Source of the DNA: Deltaproteobacteria bacterium
GTDB lineage: Bacteria; Myxococcota; JACRCW01
Assembly (NCBI GenBank): GCA_016218805.1
Contig: JACRCW010000092.1
Span: 1-64,000, forward strand
Length of the DNA: 64,000 nucleotides
Direction: 5' to 3'
This document shows, in pieces, positions 55,719 through 64,000 of this stretch (within the stretch, counting starts at the first letter, position 1; each line of letters begins with the position of its first letter). The notes beneath the pieces were generated by a model that did not search any database, was not told where the DNA came from, and saw nothing but the letters and a program-made list of their open reading frames with translations. A program made the position numbers and the translations under genes.

Positions 55719-57454
55719 GTTTCGCGCCCCAGCTCATCCAGGACGGACAGCTGGCGCGACAGGTGCGGCGGCTTGACGTGCGCATCCGGCGCCCCGGCGG
55801 CCACCCGGCGCGCGCGGTGCCGTTCAAACGCGCCCGCCGGCAGCTGCCGCAGCACCATGGGGCCCAGGCGCAGGCTTTCGCGCTTGGCGCGGTATTCCAG
55901 GTTGGCGTCCTGCAGCGCGCCGTCCGCCGCCGTCACCAGCCGCTCCGCGGCCGCGGGGTCCAGTGCCGCCTCCGGTTCCACCGCCAGCACAAACCGCGGC
56001 GGGTTCACCAGCTCCGGGGCCACCGCAAAACCGCGCGTGCGCACCCCCACCTGCCCGCACGCCCGCGTCACCGCCTCCACCACGTGGCTCTCCGCCACCT
56101 TCTCCCCGGTGACGGACACCATGTTCCCGGTCTTGTGGTGGAACGCCAGCACGGGTGCCTTGCCGCGGAACCCTGTCACCTCCACCACATCCTGCATGTC
56201 ATAGCGGTACAGGCCGTGGCTCCCGGTGATGACCACCACGTACCTCTCGCCCTGCCGGGCCTCCCACAACGGCACCGCTTCCCGGCTGCCGGCCTCATAG
56301 GGCTGCCACGGGATGAGCTCCATGACGTGCCCCGCCGCCGCCGCCACGCCCTGCCCGGCGCCGGCGTCCATGGGCACGGTGAAGCAGCCTTCGGACGCGG
56401 CGTAGCCGTAGTCCATGACGGGGAGGCCCGGCAGCAACGGCGCCAGCTGCTCCAGGTAGAACGGCGCGCTGCCGCCTTTCCAGCACAGCGCGCCGGCCAG
56501 CATGGGCCACACGTCCACCGGGCGAACCAGGCCGCGCTGTTGCATGGCTTCGCGCAGGGCGCGCGCCGTCCGCGGTGAGCGGCGCAGGCGCGGGCGCAGC
56601 AACGCGCGCTCTTCGTCGCTGACGCGGGCGCCGTCCCACAGCGTGCCCGCCTCCAGGTCACGCGCCAGCTCTTCAGCGCGGTCACGCAGGACCTGGCACA
56701 GCAGCACCAGCGTGGAGGGGTTGATGGCCGCCATGATGCTGACGGGCACCTGCAGGGCAAACCGCAGCGCCGTGTAGTAGCGCGCCTGGAAGTCCGGCAG
56801 CTTGAACACGCGGCGCGGGACGGGATCGAACCCGGTGGGGTCCTCGCGCGCGCCGCCCATGGCCACCGTGATGGAGCCGTAGGGCACGCCGCCTTGGCTG
56901 CGGCCTTCAATGGACGGCGAGTGCACCGTCAGCACGTGCCCGCGCATGAGCCCCGGCATGGCCTGCGCCACCTGGCGCATCCACACGCGGCGCGGGTGGC
57001 GGAACTCCTCCAGGTAACCCGCCGTCACGGGGATGCTCTTGGGCTCCCCGGTGGTCCCCGACGAGCGCGCGTAGAAGAACACGTCCTCCGCGCACAGCAC
57101 GTCGCGCTCGCCGCCGAGCATCCGCCGCACCCACGGCGCGAACTCCGTCCACCCGCGCACGGGCACCTTGCGGTACCCGTCGTACCCGCGGATGCCGTCA
57201 AACCCGTGCTCCTTCCCAAACGCCGTCCCCGCATTGCGCGCGAGAATGGCCGCCAGCCGCGCCTCCTGTGCGGCGCGCGGGTCCGCGCACGCCGCTTCAA
57301 ACTGGCGCCAGCTCTTGCTGAACAGCAGCCGCGCGCCCCCCGCAATGGCCGGCGGCGGCAGCAACCGCACCAGCGCCAGCGCCCCGCGCGCGAGCAGACC
57401 CACGCCCGCGCCCACCACGTCCTCGACGTCAGGAAGTTCCTTCCGCTCCGCCAT
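55715..57454 (-). CDS. GH3 family acyl-acid amido synthetase
   Basis: FG.EHGF, SSGTTGEPK.IP, YAASEG, GLYRY...D and GEK motifs. The start is ATG 57454; the track extension is antisense to the TA module. Confidence 0.88.
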   Translation of the reverse strand: MAERKELPDVEDVVGAGVGLLARGALALVRLLPPPAIAGGARLLFSKSWRQFEAACADPRAAQEARLAAILARNAGTAFGKEHGFDGIRGYDGYRKVPVRGWTEFAPWVRRMLGGERDVLCAEDVFFYARSSGTTGEPKSIPVTAGYLEEFRHPRRVWMRQVAQAMPGLMRGHVLTVHSPSIEGRSQGGVPYGSITVAMGGAREDPTGFDPVPRRVFKLPDFQARYYTALRFALQVPVSIMAAINPSTLVLLCQVLRDRAEELARDLEAGTLWDGARVSDEERALLRPRLRRSPRTARALREAMQQRGLVRPVDVWPMLAGALCWKGGSAPFYLEQLAPLLPGLPVMDYGYAASEGCFTVPMDAGAGQGVAAAAGHVMELIPWQPYEAGSREAVPLWEARQGERYVVVITGSHGLYRYDMQDVVEVTGFRGKAPVLAFHHKTGNMVSVTGEKVAESHVVEAVTRACGQVGVRTRGFAVAPELVNPPRFVLAVEPEAALDPAAAERLVTAADGALQDANLEYRAKRESLRLGPMVLRQLPAGAFERHRARRVAAGAPDAHVKPPHLSRQLSVLDELGRET

Positions 57455-57476
57455 GCCCCGGACCATGCACCCGCTT

Positions 57477-57511
57477 TCACGCGCGGCCAAGGGCTTCCCC
57501 GCCGCGGGAGG
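57477..57511 (+). repeat. 35-bp perfect direct repeat, copy 1
   Basis: TCACGCGCGGCCAAGGGCTTCCCCGCCGCGGGAGG, identical to 58189-58223. Confidence 0.95.
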
Positions 57512-57604
57512 CGAGGGAGGCGGTGGACGGGGGCCGCACATGGGGCGGTTGGTCCGGCCCGGTGCGCGTTGAACCGCGGTGGGGGAAACGCTAGCGGTAA
57601 ACCC

Positions 57605-57865
57605 GTGCCCGAAGTGAGCCGCTTCTTTGGCGTTGTCATAGCCATCTACTGGCAGGACCACGGCGTACCTCATTTCCACGCCAAGTACGGCGAAAGCCGC
57701 GCTTCGTTCTCGATCGGGGAGCTGAGGCTGCTTGAGGGGAGCCTCCCGCCGCGGGTGACTGCGCTGGTGGTGGAGTGGGCGTTCCGCTACCGCGACGAGC
57801 TTCAGGAAGACTGGAACCTCGCGGTCGCCAGGAAACCCCTCAAGTCCATCCCGCCACTTGAATAG
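57605..57865 (+). CDS. DUF4160 family protein (putative HicA-like toxin)
   Basis: MPEVSRFFGVVI..Y..DH..PHFHAKYG...G.LP.R...LV.EW.....EL..DW...I.PLE. Confidence 0.9.
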   Translation: MPEVSRFFGVVIAIYWQDHGVPHFHAKYGESRASFSIGELRLLEGSLPPRVTALVVEWAFRYRDELQEDWNLAVARKPLKSIPPLE

Positions 57866-57877
57866 CAGGGAGGAGCC

Positions 57878-58138
57878 ATGCACTGGGTCCGTTCGGTCGC
57901 CTATCTGGAAGGTTACAAGCTCCGCTTGGGGTTTGAGGACGGCAGCGTGCGCGTTGTTGACCTGGAGGCATACTTGGACGGTGATGTTTTCGAGCCGCTC
58001 CGCGACATCCCGTTCTTCCGGACCGCGCACCTCAACGAAGACATCGACACCGTTGCCTGGGACAACGGCGCGGATATGTCCCCGGATTTTCTGTACGACA
58101 TTGGCGTCGCGTTGAAGGATGACCGCGCTTCGGGCTGA
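57878..58138 (+). CDS. DUF2442 family protein (putative antitoxin)
   Basis: V..V.YL.GYKL.L.FEDG....VDL...G.VFEPLRD..FF...TV.W.NGAD..P.FLY; RBS GGAGG. Confidence 0.9.
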   Translation: MHWVRSVAYLEGYKLRLGFEDGSVRVVDLEAYLDGDVFEPLRDIPFFRTAHLNEDIDTVAWDNGADMSPDFLYDIGVALKDDRASG

Positions 58139-58188
58139 CCACGATTCGTGCCGACGACGGCCGTGAACCTGCCGAGGAGGTCCGTGCA

Positions 58189-58223
58189 TCACGCGCGGCC
58201 AAGGGCTTCCCCGCCGCGGGAGG
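58189..58223 (+). repeat. 35-bp perfect direct repeat, copy 2
   Basis: Identical to 57477-57511. Confidence 0.95.
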
Positions 58224-58254
58224 TCCATGGCAGGGTGCACGCGCCGGAGGACCC

Positions 58255-59223
58255 GTGGCGGAAGCGTACGCACACACCAACATCGCGCTGGTGAAGTACT
58301 GGGGAAAACGCCCCGGCCCGTTGAACCTCCCCGCCGTGGGGAGCCTGAGTCTGACGCTGGACGCGTTTGGCACGTGGACGCGGGTGACACCTGGCGCGGC
58401 CACCGACACGCTGGAACTCAACGGCGCGCCCCAGGCGGGTGAGGCGGTCCGCAAGGTCAGCGCGTTCCTGGACATGGTGCGCGCCCTGGCCGGACGCACC
58501 GAGCCCGCTGCCGTGCACAGCCGCAACGACGTCCCCACGGCAGCGGGACTGGCATCCTCCGCCAGTGCGTTTGCCGCGCTGGCGGTGGCGGGCTGCCGGG
58601 CCTACGGGGTGAACCTGGATGCGCGCGCGCTGTCCGCACTGGCGCGGCGTGGGTCTGGGAGCGCGGCGCGCAGCCTGTTTGGCGGGTTTGTGCTGATGGA
58701 GAAAGGCGTGCGCGAAGACGGCACCGACGCATGCGCCCAGCCGCTGCCCGCGGGCGACGGGTGGCCGGTGCGCTTGGTGGTGGCGGCGTGCGCGGAGGGC
58801 CCCAAGGAGGTCTCCAGCACGGACGGGATGACGCACACGCAACACACCAGCCCGTACTTTCCCGCGTGGGTGGACACGCATGACGCGGACCTGCGCGCCG
58901 CGGCGGACCACGTGCGCACGCGGGACCTGGAGCGCCTGGGCGAGGTGATGGAGTTCTCGACGCTGAAGATGCACGCGTCCGCCATGGCGTCGCGCCCGGG
59001 GGTCATCTACTGGCGTGGCGTGTCCCTGGAGGCCGCGCTGCGCGTGCGGCAGTTGCGCGCGGCGGGAACGCCCGCGTGGTTCACCATGGACGCCGGGCCG
59101 CACGTGAAGGTGCTGACCACGGAGCAGGACGCACCCGCCGTGGCCGCCGCGCTGCGCGAAGTCCCCGGCGTGCTGCGCGTGCAGGTGGCCGCGCCGGGTC
59201 CCGCGGCGCGGGTGCTGGCGTGA
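58255..59223 (+). CDS. mvaD: Diphosphomevalonate decarboxylase
   Basis: AHTNIALVKYWGK, PTAAGLASSAS, RRGSGSAARS, K.VSST.GM and FTMDAGPHVK. Confidence 0.95.
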   Translation: MAEAYAHTNIALVKYWGKRPGPLNLPAVGSLSLTLDAFGTWTRVTPGAATDTLELNGAPQAGEAVRKVSAFLDMVRALAGRTEPAAVHSRNDVPTAAGLASSASAFAALAVAGCRAYGVNLDARALSALARRGSGSAARSLFGGFVLMEKGVREDGTDACAQPLPAGDGWPVRLVVAACAEGPKEVSSTDGMTHTQHTSPYFPAWVDTHDADLRAAADHVRTRDLERLGEVMEFSTLKMHASAMASRPGVIYWRGVSLEAALRVRQLRAAGTPAWFTMDAGPHVKVLTTEQDAPAVAAALREVPGVLRVQVAAPGPAARVLA

Positions 59224-60278
59224 CGGCGCAGGCCTTCACCGTCCGCGCCCCCGGCAAGCTCATCCTGTGCGGCGAGTACGCCGTGGTCCACGGCACCCCC
59301 GCGCTGTGCACCGCCGTGGCGCGGTACGCCCGCTGCCGCGCCCAACCCGTTGACGGACAAGCGCGCCTCACCGCGCTGGGCCAGGGGCCGCTGTTCATCC
59401 GGCGCGATGCGGGCGGCGTTGTGCTGGAACCGGTTCCCGCGGACGCAGCGCGGTTTGGCCTGGTGCGAGACGTGCTGGCGCGCAGCAGGGTGGTCACGGG
59501 ATGGGCGTTTTCGCTGGACTCCGCCGCGCTGCATGAGGCCCCGTTGCACGGCGGTGCGCCCGTCAAGCTGGGGCTGGGCTCCTCCGCGGCCGCCGCCGTG
59601 GCGCTGGCCGCCGCCGTTGACATCGCCGTGAACGGGACGGTGCCGGCAGCGGCGGCGCGGCGCGCGTGGTTTGAACTCGCACAGCGCGCGCACGCCGGCG
59701 CGCAGGGCGGGCTGGGCAGCGGCATTGACGTGGCCGCCAGCGCGGTGGGCGGGATGTTTGTGTACGAACGCGCAACGGCCGACCCCGCCGACGCGCGCAT
59801 CCTCCCCGTGGACGCGGGGCGGCTGGGCGTGCGGGTGGTCACCGCGTGGACGGGCAGCTCCGCGTCCACACCGGAGCTGTTGGGTGCGGTGGAGGCGTGG
59901 CGCCGCGCGCAGCCGGACGCAGCGCGGGCGCTGTTCGCTGAGATGGACCGCGTGGCGCGGCAGGCCGCGGCCGCGGCCAACTCCGGCCATCCCGCCGCGC
60001 TGCTGGCGGCCGTGGAGGCTTACGGCGCGTTGATGGAGTCGCTCGGGGAGCGCGCCGGGCGGGACATCGTCAGCGCGCCGCACCGGCGGGTGCGCGAGAT
60101 TGCGCGGGCGTGCGGCTGCGCGGGGAAACCGTCCGGCGCGGGCGGTGGGGACGTGGCGGTGTGCCTGTGTCCGTCAGAGGAACACGCGGCGCGCGTGCGG
60201 ACTGCGTTGGCGGCGGCGGGGATTGCGGTGGTGGACGTGGAGCTGGATGGGGCGGGAGTTTCGGCCGAGCCGGCGTGA
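59220..60278 (+). CDS. Phosphomevalonate kinase (GHMP family)
   Basis: APGKL.L.GEYAV, KLGLGSSAA, H..AQG..GSG.D.AAS, WTG.SAST and KPSGAGGGD; GTGA overlap with mvaD. Confidence 0.85.
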   Translation: MTAQAFTVRAPGKLILCGEYAVVHGTPALCTAVARYARCRAQPVDGQARLTALGQGPLFIRRDAGGVVLEPVPADAARFGLVRDVLARSRVVTGWAFSLDSAALHEAPLHGGAPVKLGLGSSAAAAVALAAAVDIAVNGTVPAAAARRAWFELAQRAHAGAQGGLGSGIDVAASAVGGMFVYERATADPADARILPVDAGRLGVRVVTAWTGSSASTPELLGAVEAWRRAQPDAARALFAEMDRVARQAAAAANSGHPAALLAAVEAYGALMESLGERAGRDIVSAPHRRVREIARACGCAGKPSGAGGGDVAVCLCPSEEHAARVRTALAAAGIAVVDVELDGAGVSAEPA

Positions 60279-60306
60279 ACGCTGACTTCCACCGGGAAGC
60301 CCGCAC

Positions 60307-60776
60307 TCACCCGCTTTGCAGGCCCAGGTATTTCGCCCAGCCCTTCCGGTCGCTGGACAGAAACGCGTCCCAGTCCGGCTCGGGACGGCACCGGGCGGCC
60401 GTGGACCGCAGGTCTGGCTCGGAGAACGCGGTTTGGCGCCAGGCGTCCGCGTCCGCCCACCGCCGCAGCGCCGCCGAATCTGAGAACCCGGCGACGACGT
60501 GCCGCTCATTGGCCAAGCGGAAACTGGTCTTCCCCGGTTGAGATTCGATTCCGCCTGAAGGGAAGTCAGGCGGGTGAGCAGCACGCGCCGTCTGGGTTTC
60601 GGCGCCAGGAAAGTCCTCACGTGTTCCAGGTAGAGACGACTCGCCTCCGCCAGGTCCGGTTCCCCGGGCGAGGTCCCGGTGGTGGCGTAGAACCACGCGC
60701 TGACTTCCAGGCCGCCCCCGAACTCGTAGATGAGCAGGTCCGCAGGCGACTCTGCTGCGCTCCCGCCGGGGCGCAT
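60307..60776 (-). pseudogene. Hypothetical gene frameshifted by a 5-bp duplication
   Basis: ATG coupled (TGATG) to the upstream gene. Removing one GATTC copy at 60542-60551 joins two GC3-rich frames into a 154-aa ORF. Confidence 0.55.
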
Positions 60777-61645
60777 CAGGCGGCCGCACCCGGAGCAGCG
60801 TTGCTGAGGTCTTCCAGCAGTTCGAGCGCCGTTGCGCGCACGCCCGCACTCGGGTCCTCGCGCGCGAGCGGATCGATGCGGACCACCAGTTTGCTCGGGA
60901 TGTCGCGCCGGCCGAACAAGCCGAGCAGGACGCTCTCGCGAATTGGCGCCGCGGCGTGGTCACAGAAGGGGACGAGGGCAAGGAGCCCAATGGGGCTGGT
61001 TTCGCGGCCGAGCGCTTCGAGGGCTTGGGACAGCGGGAGTCCTTGGAGTTGCGACAGGTCCGGCGGCGTGCCGCGAGTTCCGCCCTGCTCGCGGGCGCGC
61101 TGAGACGCGTTGGCCAGGGCGCACCGCACGCGGAAGAAGCGTTCCAGGTTCTCGGCCGTCCATTTGGCAAGGCCGACATTGTCGCGGCCCACGACCACAA
61201 GGCCGCCCTTTGCCACCTCGCGCACTGCGCGACGCAGTTCGCCCGCAACCACCAGGAGCAGTTGCGTCATGGGCTGCTCTTGCGGCGGAGACGACTGGGC
61301 ATCGCGCTTGAGGTTCTGCTGGACGCGCCGCAGCAGGGTCGCCTGGTCGAACCGAGCAGCGCGGGCCAGTTCGTCGTCGACGATGCGCCGCTCCATGGAG
61401 AGCGGGTGCCATTGCTCCCGCAGTTGGGAGACCAGAACGGCCGCAAGGTCCGCTGCCGGGTCCTGGCGGTAGATGGGGGCCCACAGATTCATCAGCGACG
61501 TGAACCCGACAAGGAGTTCCGGTTGTCCACCCACCTGCTCCAGCACCCACGGGTTCACGGCGAGGTGCTGGGTGGCCGCGGCGGCAGCCGCGAAGCGCGC
61601 CAACTCCGCCGTGCTGGGTCCGCCGCTGTGCAGGTCCATCGGCAT
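60776..61645 (-). CDS. Hypothetical protein with C-terminal HEAT-like repeats
   Basis: 289-aa ORF; CDHAAAPIRESVLLGL and AREDPSAGVRATALELL. Confidence 0.6.
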   Translation of the reverse strand: MPMDLHSGGPSTAELARFAAAAAATQHLAVNPWVLEQVGGQPELLVGFTSLMNLWAPIYRQDPAADLAAVLVSQLREQWHPLSMERRIVDDELARAARFDQATLLRRVQQNLKRDAQSSPPQEQPMTQLLLVVAGELRRAVREVAKGGLVVVGRDNVGLAKWTAENLERFFRVRCALANASQRAREQGGTRGTPPDLSQLQGLPLSQALEALGRETSPIGLLALVPFCDHAAAPIRESVLLGLFGRRDIPSKLVVRIDPLAREDPSAGVRATALELLEDLSNAAPGAAA

Positions 61646-61742
61646 GGCTTCTCAATAGCGCGTGCATGGCTCCCCCGCATCACGGCTCCCCTTGTCTGCC
61701 GGTCCACGGCGGCGCTACGCACCCGTCCAGCCGGGGAGGACC

Positions 61743-63182
61743 ATGGGACACCTGCACCAGCGCCTGGCCACGCGCGTGCCGCCGCGCGTGGCGGAGATGG
61801 CGCACACGCTGCTGCGCGAGCCGCGCGTGCTGGCGCACTGGTTCCACTTGCTGGCCAGGCGCCTCCCGGAGTTGGCGGGGGCGCCGCGTGTGGCGCTGCC
61901 GTTGGCGCCCGGGGACAGGCCGCCGCTGCTGCTGGTGGAGCGGACGGGCGTGGGCGTGACGTGCCTGGCGGCGGGCATGGCGTGTGACGCACCGCGCGTG
62001 CCGGCCCATGAGGTGGCGGGCCTGTGCGAGCTGCTGGAGCGGCGGTTCCGCAAGCGCGTACTGCAGCAGCGTTTGATGGCGGATCCGGAACTGGACGGCA
62101 CCCTGGCGCGCGCGCTGAGCTGCCCGGACAAGCTGACGCTGGCCGCGTTCCGGCACATGCAGACGCTCGCCCCGCTCCTGACTGACCGTCTGGATGACTG
62201 GTTGGAGGAGGTGACGAGGCTGTTGGACCGGGGCGCGTACGACCCGGCGGTGCTGCGGTACCTGACGGACAAGGAGGCCGCCGACGTCTGGCGTCTCTAC
62301 CTGGGGGTGGCGTTCTGCCTGGTGGCCGTGGGGACGGTCCATGCGGACGCGCAGCGGGCGTGGGCCGCGGCACTGGCGCCGGACGTCATGCTGGCTGCGC
62401 GCGGGAGCTGGCTGCAGGTGAACCAGCCGGAGCGGACACTGGCGTTCGTGGAAGACTGTTGGAAGGCGCACGTGCCGGGTGTGAAGGAGTTCTCGTGGCC
62501 GTTGCTGGTGGCAATGGGGTGCCGGTTCGGGCGGTGGCGCGCGGCGTGCGAGGCCCTGGCCAAAGCAATGGGCGAGGAGAGGCGGATGATCCCGCAGGGG
62601 CGGATGCTGGAGCATGTCCGCAGGCTGTTGCTGGCGCGCGCCTGCCATCTGGTGCCGCTGCGGGCGCGGTTTGACGGGGCACCCAAGGCGGACGTTGAGG
62701 CGCTGCGCCACGCGGCGGCGGCGCCGCGGACGGCGTACCTGGAGGGGGCGGACTTTGCGGGGATGTGGGAGCGGACCCCGGGGCCAGCGCGGGAGTTGTT
62801 CCACGCCCTGGACCTGGCGCGGGAATGGGACGTCCCAGCATCCATGGTGCTCCCGCCCGGGGACCCGGATGCGCGCGCAGCGCTGCGCGCGTGGGCGTGG
62901 CAGCGCGTGCTGGCCTCCCAGCCCGAATCCATGTTGTCCGCCACGGCGGTGGACCAGGCCCTGGTGACCGCCGCGCCCCTGGCGGCCCTGGTACCGCCTC
63001 CCGCGCCCGCGGACTGGATGGCGCTGTCCTACGGCGTGCGGCTTCTGCGCGAGCACCTCCCGCGCGTGATGGGTGCATTCCGGGTGCAGACGGTCACCCG
63101 GGAGGCGCCGCGCATCGGCCGCAACGGCCCCTGCCCGTGCGGCAGCGGTAAGAAGCACAAGAAGTGCTGTGGGGCGGCCTGA
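61743..63182 (+). CDS. SEC-C metal-binding motif protein
   Basis: C-terminal IGRNGPCPCGSGKKHKKCCG; RBS GGGGAGGA before ATG 61743. Confidence 0.85.
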   Translation: MGHLHQRLATRVPPRVAEMAHTLLREPRVLAHWFHLLARRLPELAGAPRVALPLAPGDRPPLLLVERTGVGVTCLAAGMACDAPRVPAHEVAGLCELLERRFRKRVLQQRLMADPELDGTLARALSCPDKLTLAAFRHMQTLAPLLTDRLDDWLEEVTRLLDRGAYDPAVLRYLTDKEAADVWRLYLGVAFCLVAVGTVHADAQRAWAAALAPDVMLAARGSWLQVNQPERTLAFVEDCWKAHVPGVKEFSWPLLVAMGCRFGRWRAACEALAKAMGEERRMIPQGRMLEHVRRLLLARACHLVPLRARFDGAPKADVEALRHAAAAPRTAYLEGADFAGMWERTPGPARELFHALDLAREWDVPASMVLPPGDPDARAALRAWAWQRVLASQPESMLSATAVDQALVTAAPLAALVPPPAPADWMALSYGVRLLREHLPRVMGAFRVQTVTREAPRIGRNGPCPCGSGKKHKKCCGAA

Positions 63183-63194
63183 CCGCCACGCCGC

Positions 63195-63998
63195 TCACGC
63201 GCCGGCCGCCTCTTCCAGGCCCAGCCGCTGGCGCGCCTCCAGCCCTTCCTCCAGGCACGCCCACCGCAGCAGCCCGCGGCTCCACATGGTCTTGAACGCG
63301 CCGGGCTTCTCCATCCACGCCATGCGGTCCAGCGCATCCAGCGCCACCGCCAGCGACCCGGCGGCCAAAAACGCCACGCGCCCCAGCAGCGCGCGGCCCT
63401 CATCCACGCCGGGCAGGCGTCCGTCGTTGAGCGCTTCCACCGCGGCCGCGCGCTCGTCATCCGGCTGGTTGGCCACGCGGCTGCGCAGGGCCTTCTCCAG
63501 CACCTGGGCCAGTTCACGGCTGCGCGGTGTCTGCTGCTCCGGCGGCCGGCCCAGGAACGCCGCCATGGCCCGCATCAGTTCCGTCAGCTCCAGCGTGCTG
63601 CTGCACACGGACGGCTCCAGGCCCCACCGCACGGTGGCAAACCCCACCGCCATGACCGCGCGCCGCACCGCGTCCGGCGCGCGCACCACATCCGGGCCCA
63701 GCACCAGGTGCGGGCCGGTGAGTCCGCCAATGAACGCGCCCGGCTGCTCCGTGATGACCACGGGCAGCGTGCCGTCCGCCAGGCTGCGGGCAAACCGGAT
63801 GTCCGCGGCCAGGCGGCGTGCCTCGTCACCGCTGAGGGAGCGCGAGGGAATCTCCGGCCGTTCCAGCAGCGCGTGCAGTTCACGGTTCCAGCTGGACGCC
63901 AGGCGCGCCATGTGGACGGGGAATTCGCCGGGGGCGAGCCAGCTTGCGTCCTTGGACAGTGCCAGCGCGCGCCCGGATTCTGAGGGCAGCGGCGTCTC
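63195..63998 (-). CDS. C-terminal part of a hypothetical protein (5' end lies beyond the window)
   Basis: The frame stays open from the window edge to the stop at 63195; coding-like codon bias. Confidence 0.7.
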   Translation of the reverse strand, partial: ETPLPSESGRALALSKDASWLAPGEFPVHMARLASSWNRELHALLERPEIPSRSLSGDEARRLAADIRFARSLADGTLPVVITEQPGAFIGGLTGPHLVLGPDVVRAPDAVRRAVMAVGFATVRWGLEPSVCSSTLELTELMRAMAAFLGRPPEQQTPRSRELAQVLEKALRSRVANQPDDERAAAVEALNDGRLPGVDEGRALLGRVAFLAAGSLAVALDALDRMAWMEKPGAFKTMWSRGLLRWACLEEGLEARQRLGLEEAAGA

Positions 63999-64000
63999 CG

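Noticed and set aside
7917..57454. Auxin/indole pathway from tnaA + amidase + GH3
   Set aside because: The genes are tens of kb apart in unrelated operons, and these families have broad specificity.
57455..58390. N-terminal extension making an 891-aa GH3 protein
   Set aside because: It is antisense to the clear DUF4160, DUF2442 and mvaD genes; GH3 similarity begins after ATG 57454.
60174..60540. C-terminal part of the 200-aa ORF 60174-60776
   Set aside because: It overlaps the phosphomevalonate kinase by about 100 bp with poor codon bias; the alternative frame fits better.

Overview
GC-rich bacterial chromosomal segment, most likely Myxococcota. The evidence is mevalonate-pathway mvaD and phosphomevalonate kinase, FHA and Ser/Thr-kinase proteins, MshEN/GspE-N proteins and large Ser/Gly-linker lipoproteins. 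About 54 CDS were called; no rRNA, tRNA, CRISPR array, integrase or transposase was recognised. Housekeeping genes include a helD-like helicase, tatC, tsaC, tnaA, folK, prlC and mvaD. Highlights: (1) a three-gene operon for a 33-heme cytochrome, a 9-heme lipoprotein cytochrome and a probable outer-membrane barrel, a candidate porin-cytochrome electron conduit; (2) a DUF559 nuclease gene bracketed by inverted REP-like palindromes and next to a 20-bp minisatellite, with another REP-like copy at the window start; (3) two compositionally atypical cassettes (a DUF4160/DUF2442 pair and a GT-C glycosyltransferase) each flanked by 28-35 bp direct repeats with no recombinase nearby; (4) a core-less cluster of tailoring enzymes (GNAT, AurF-like diiron, two TauD, amidase, two methyltransferases, two paralogous GT-B-like proteins); (5) a ThrB-like kinase that has lost its catalytic motifs; (6) a gene broken by a 5-bp duplication. 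All family calls come from motif recognition by eye, not database searches.
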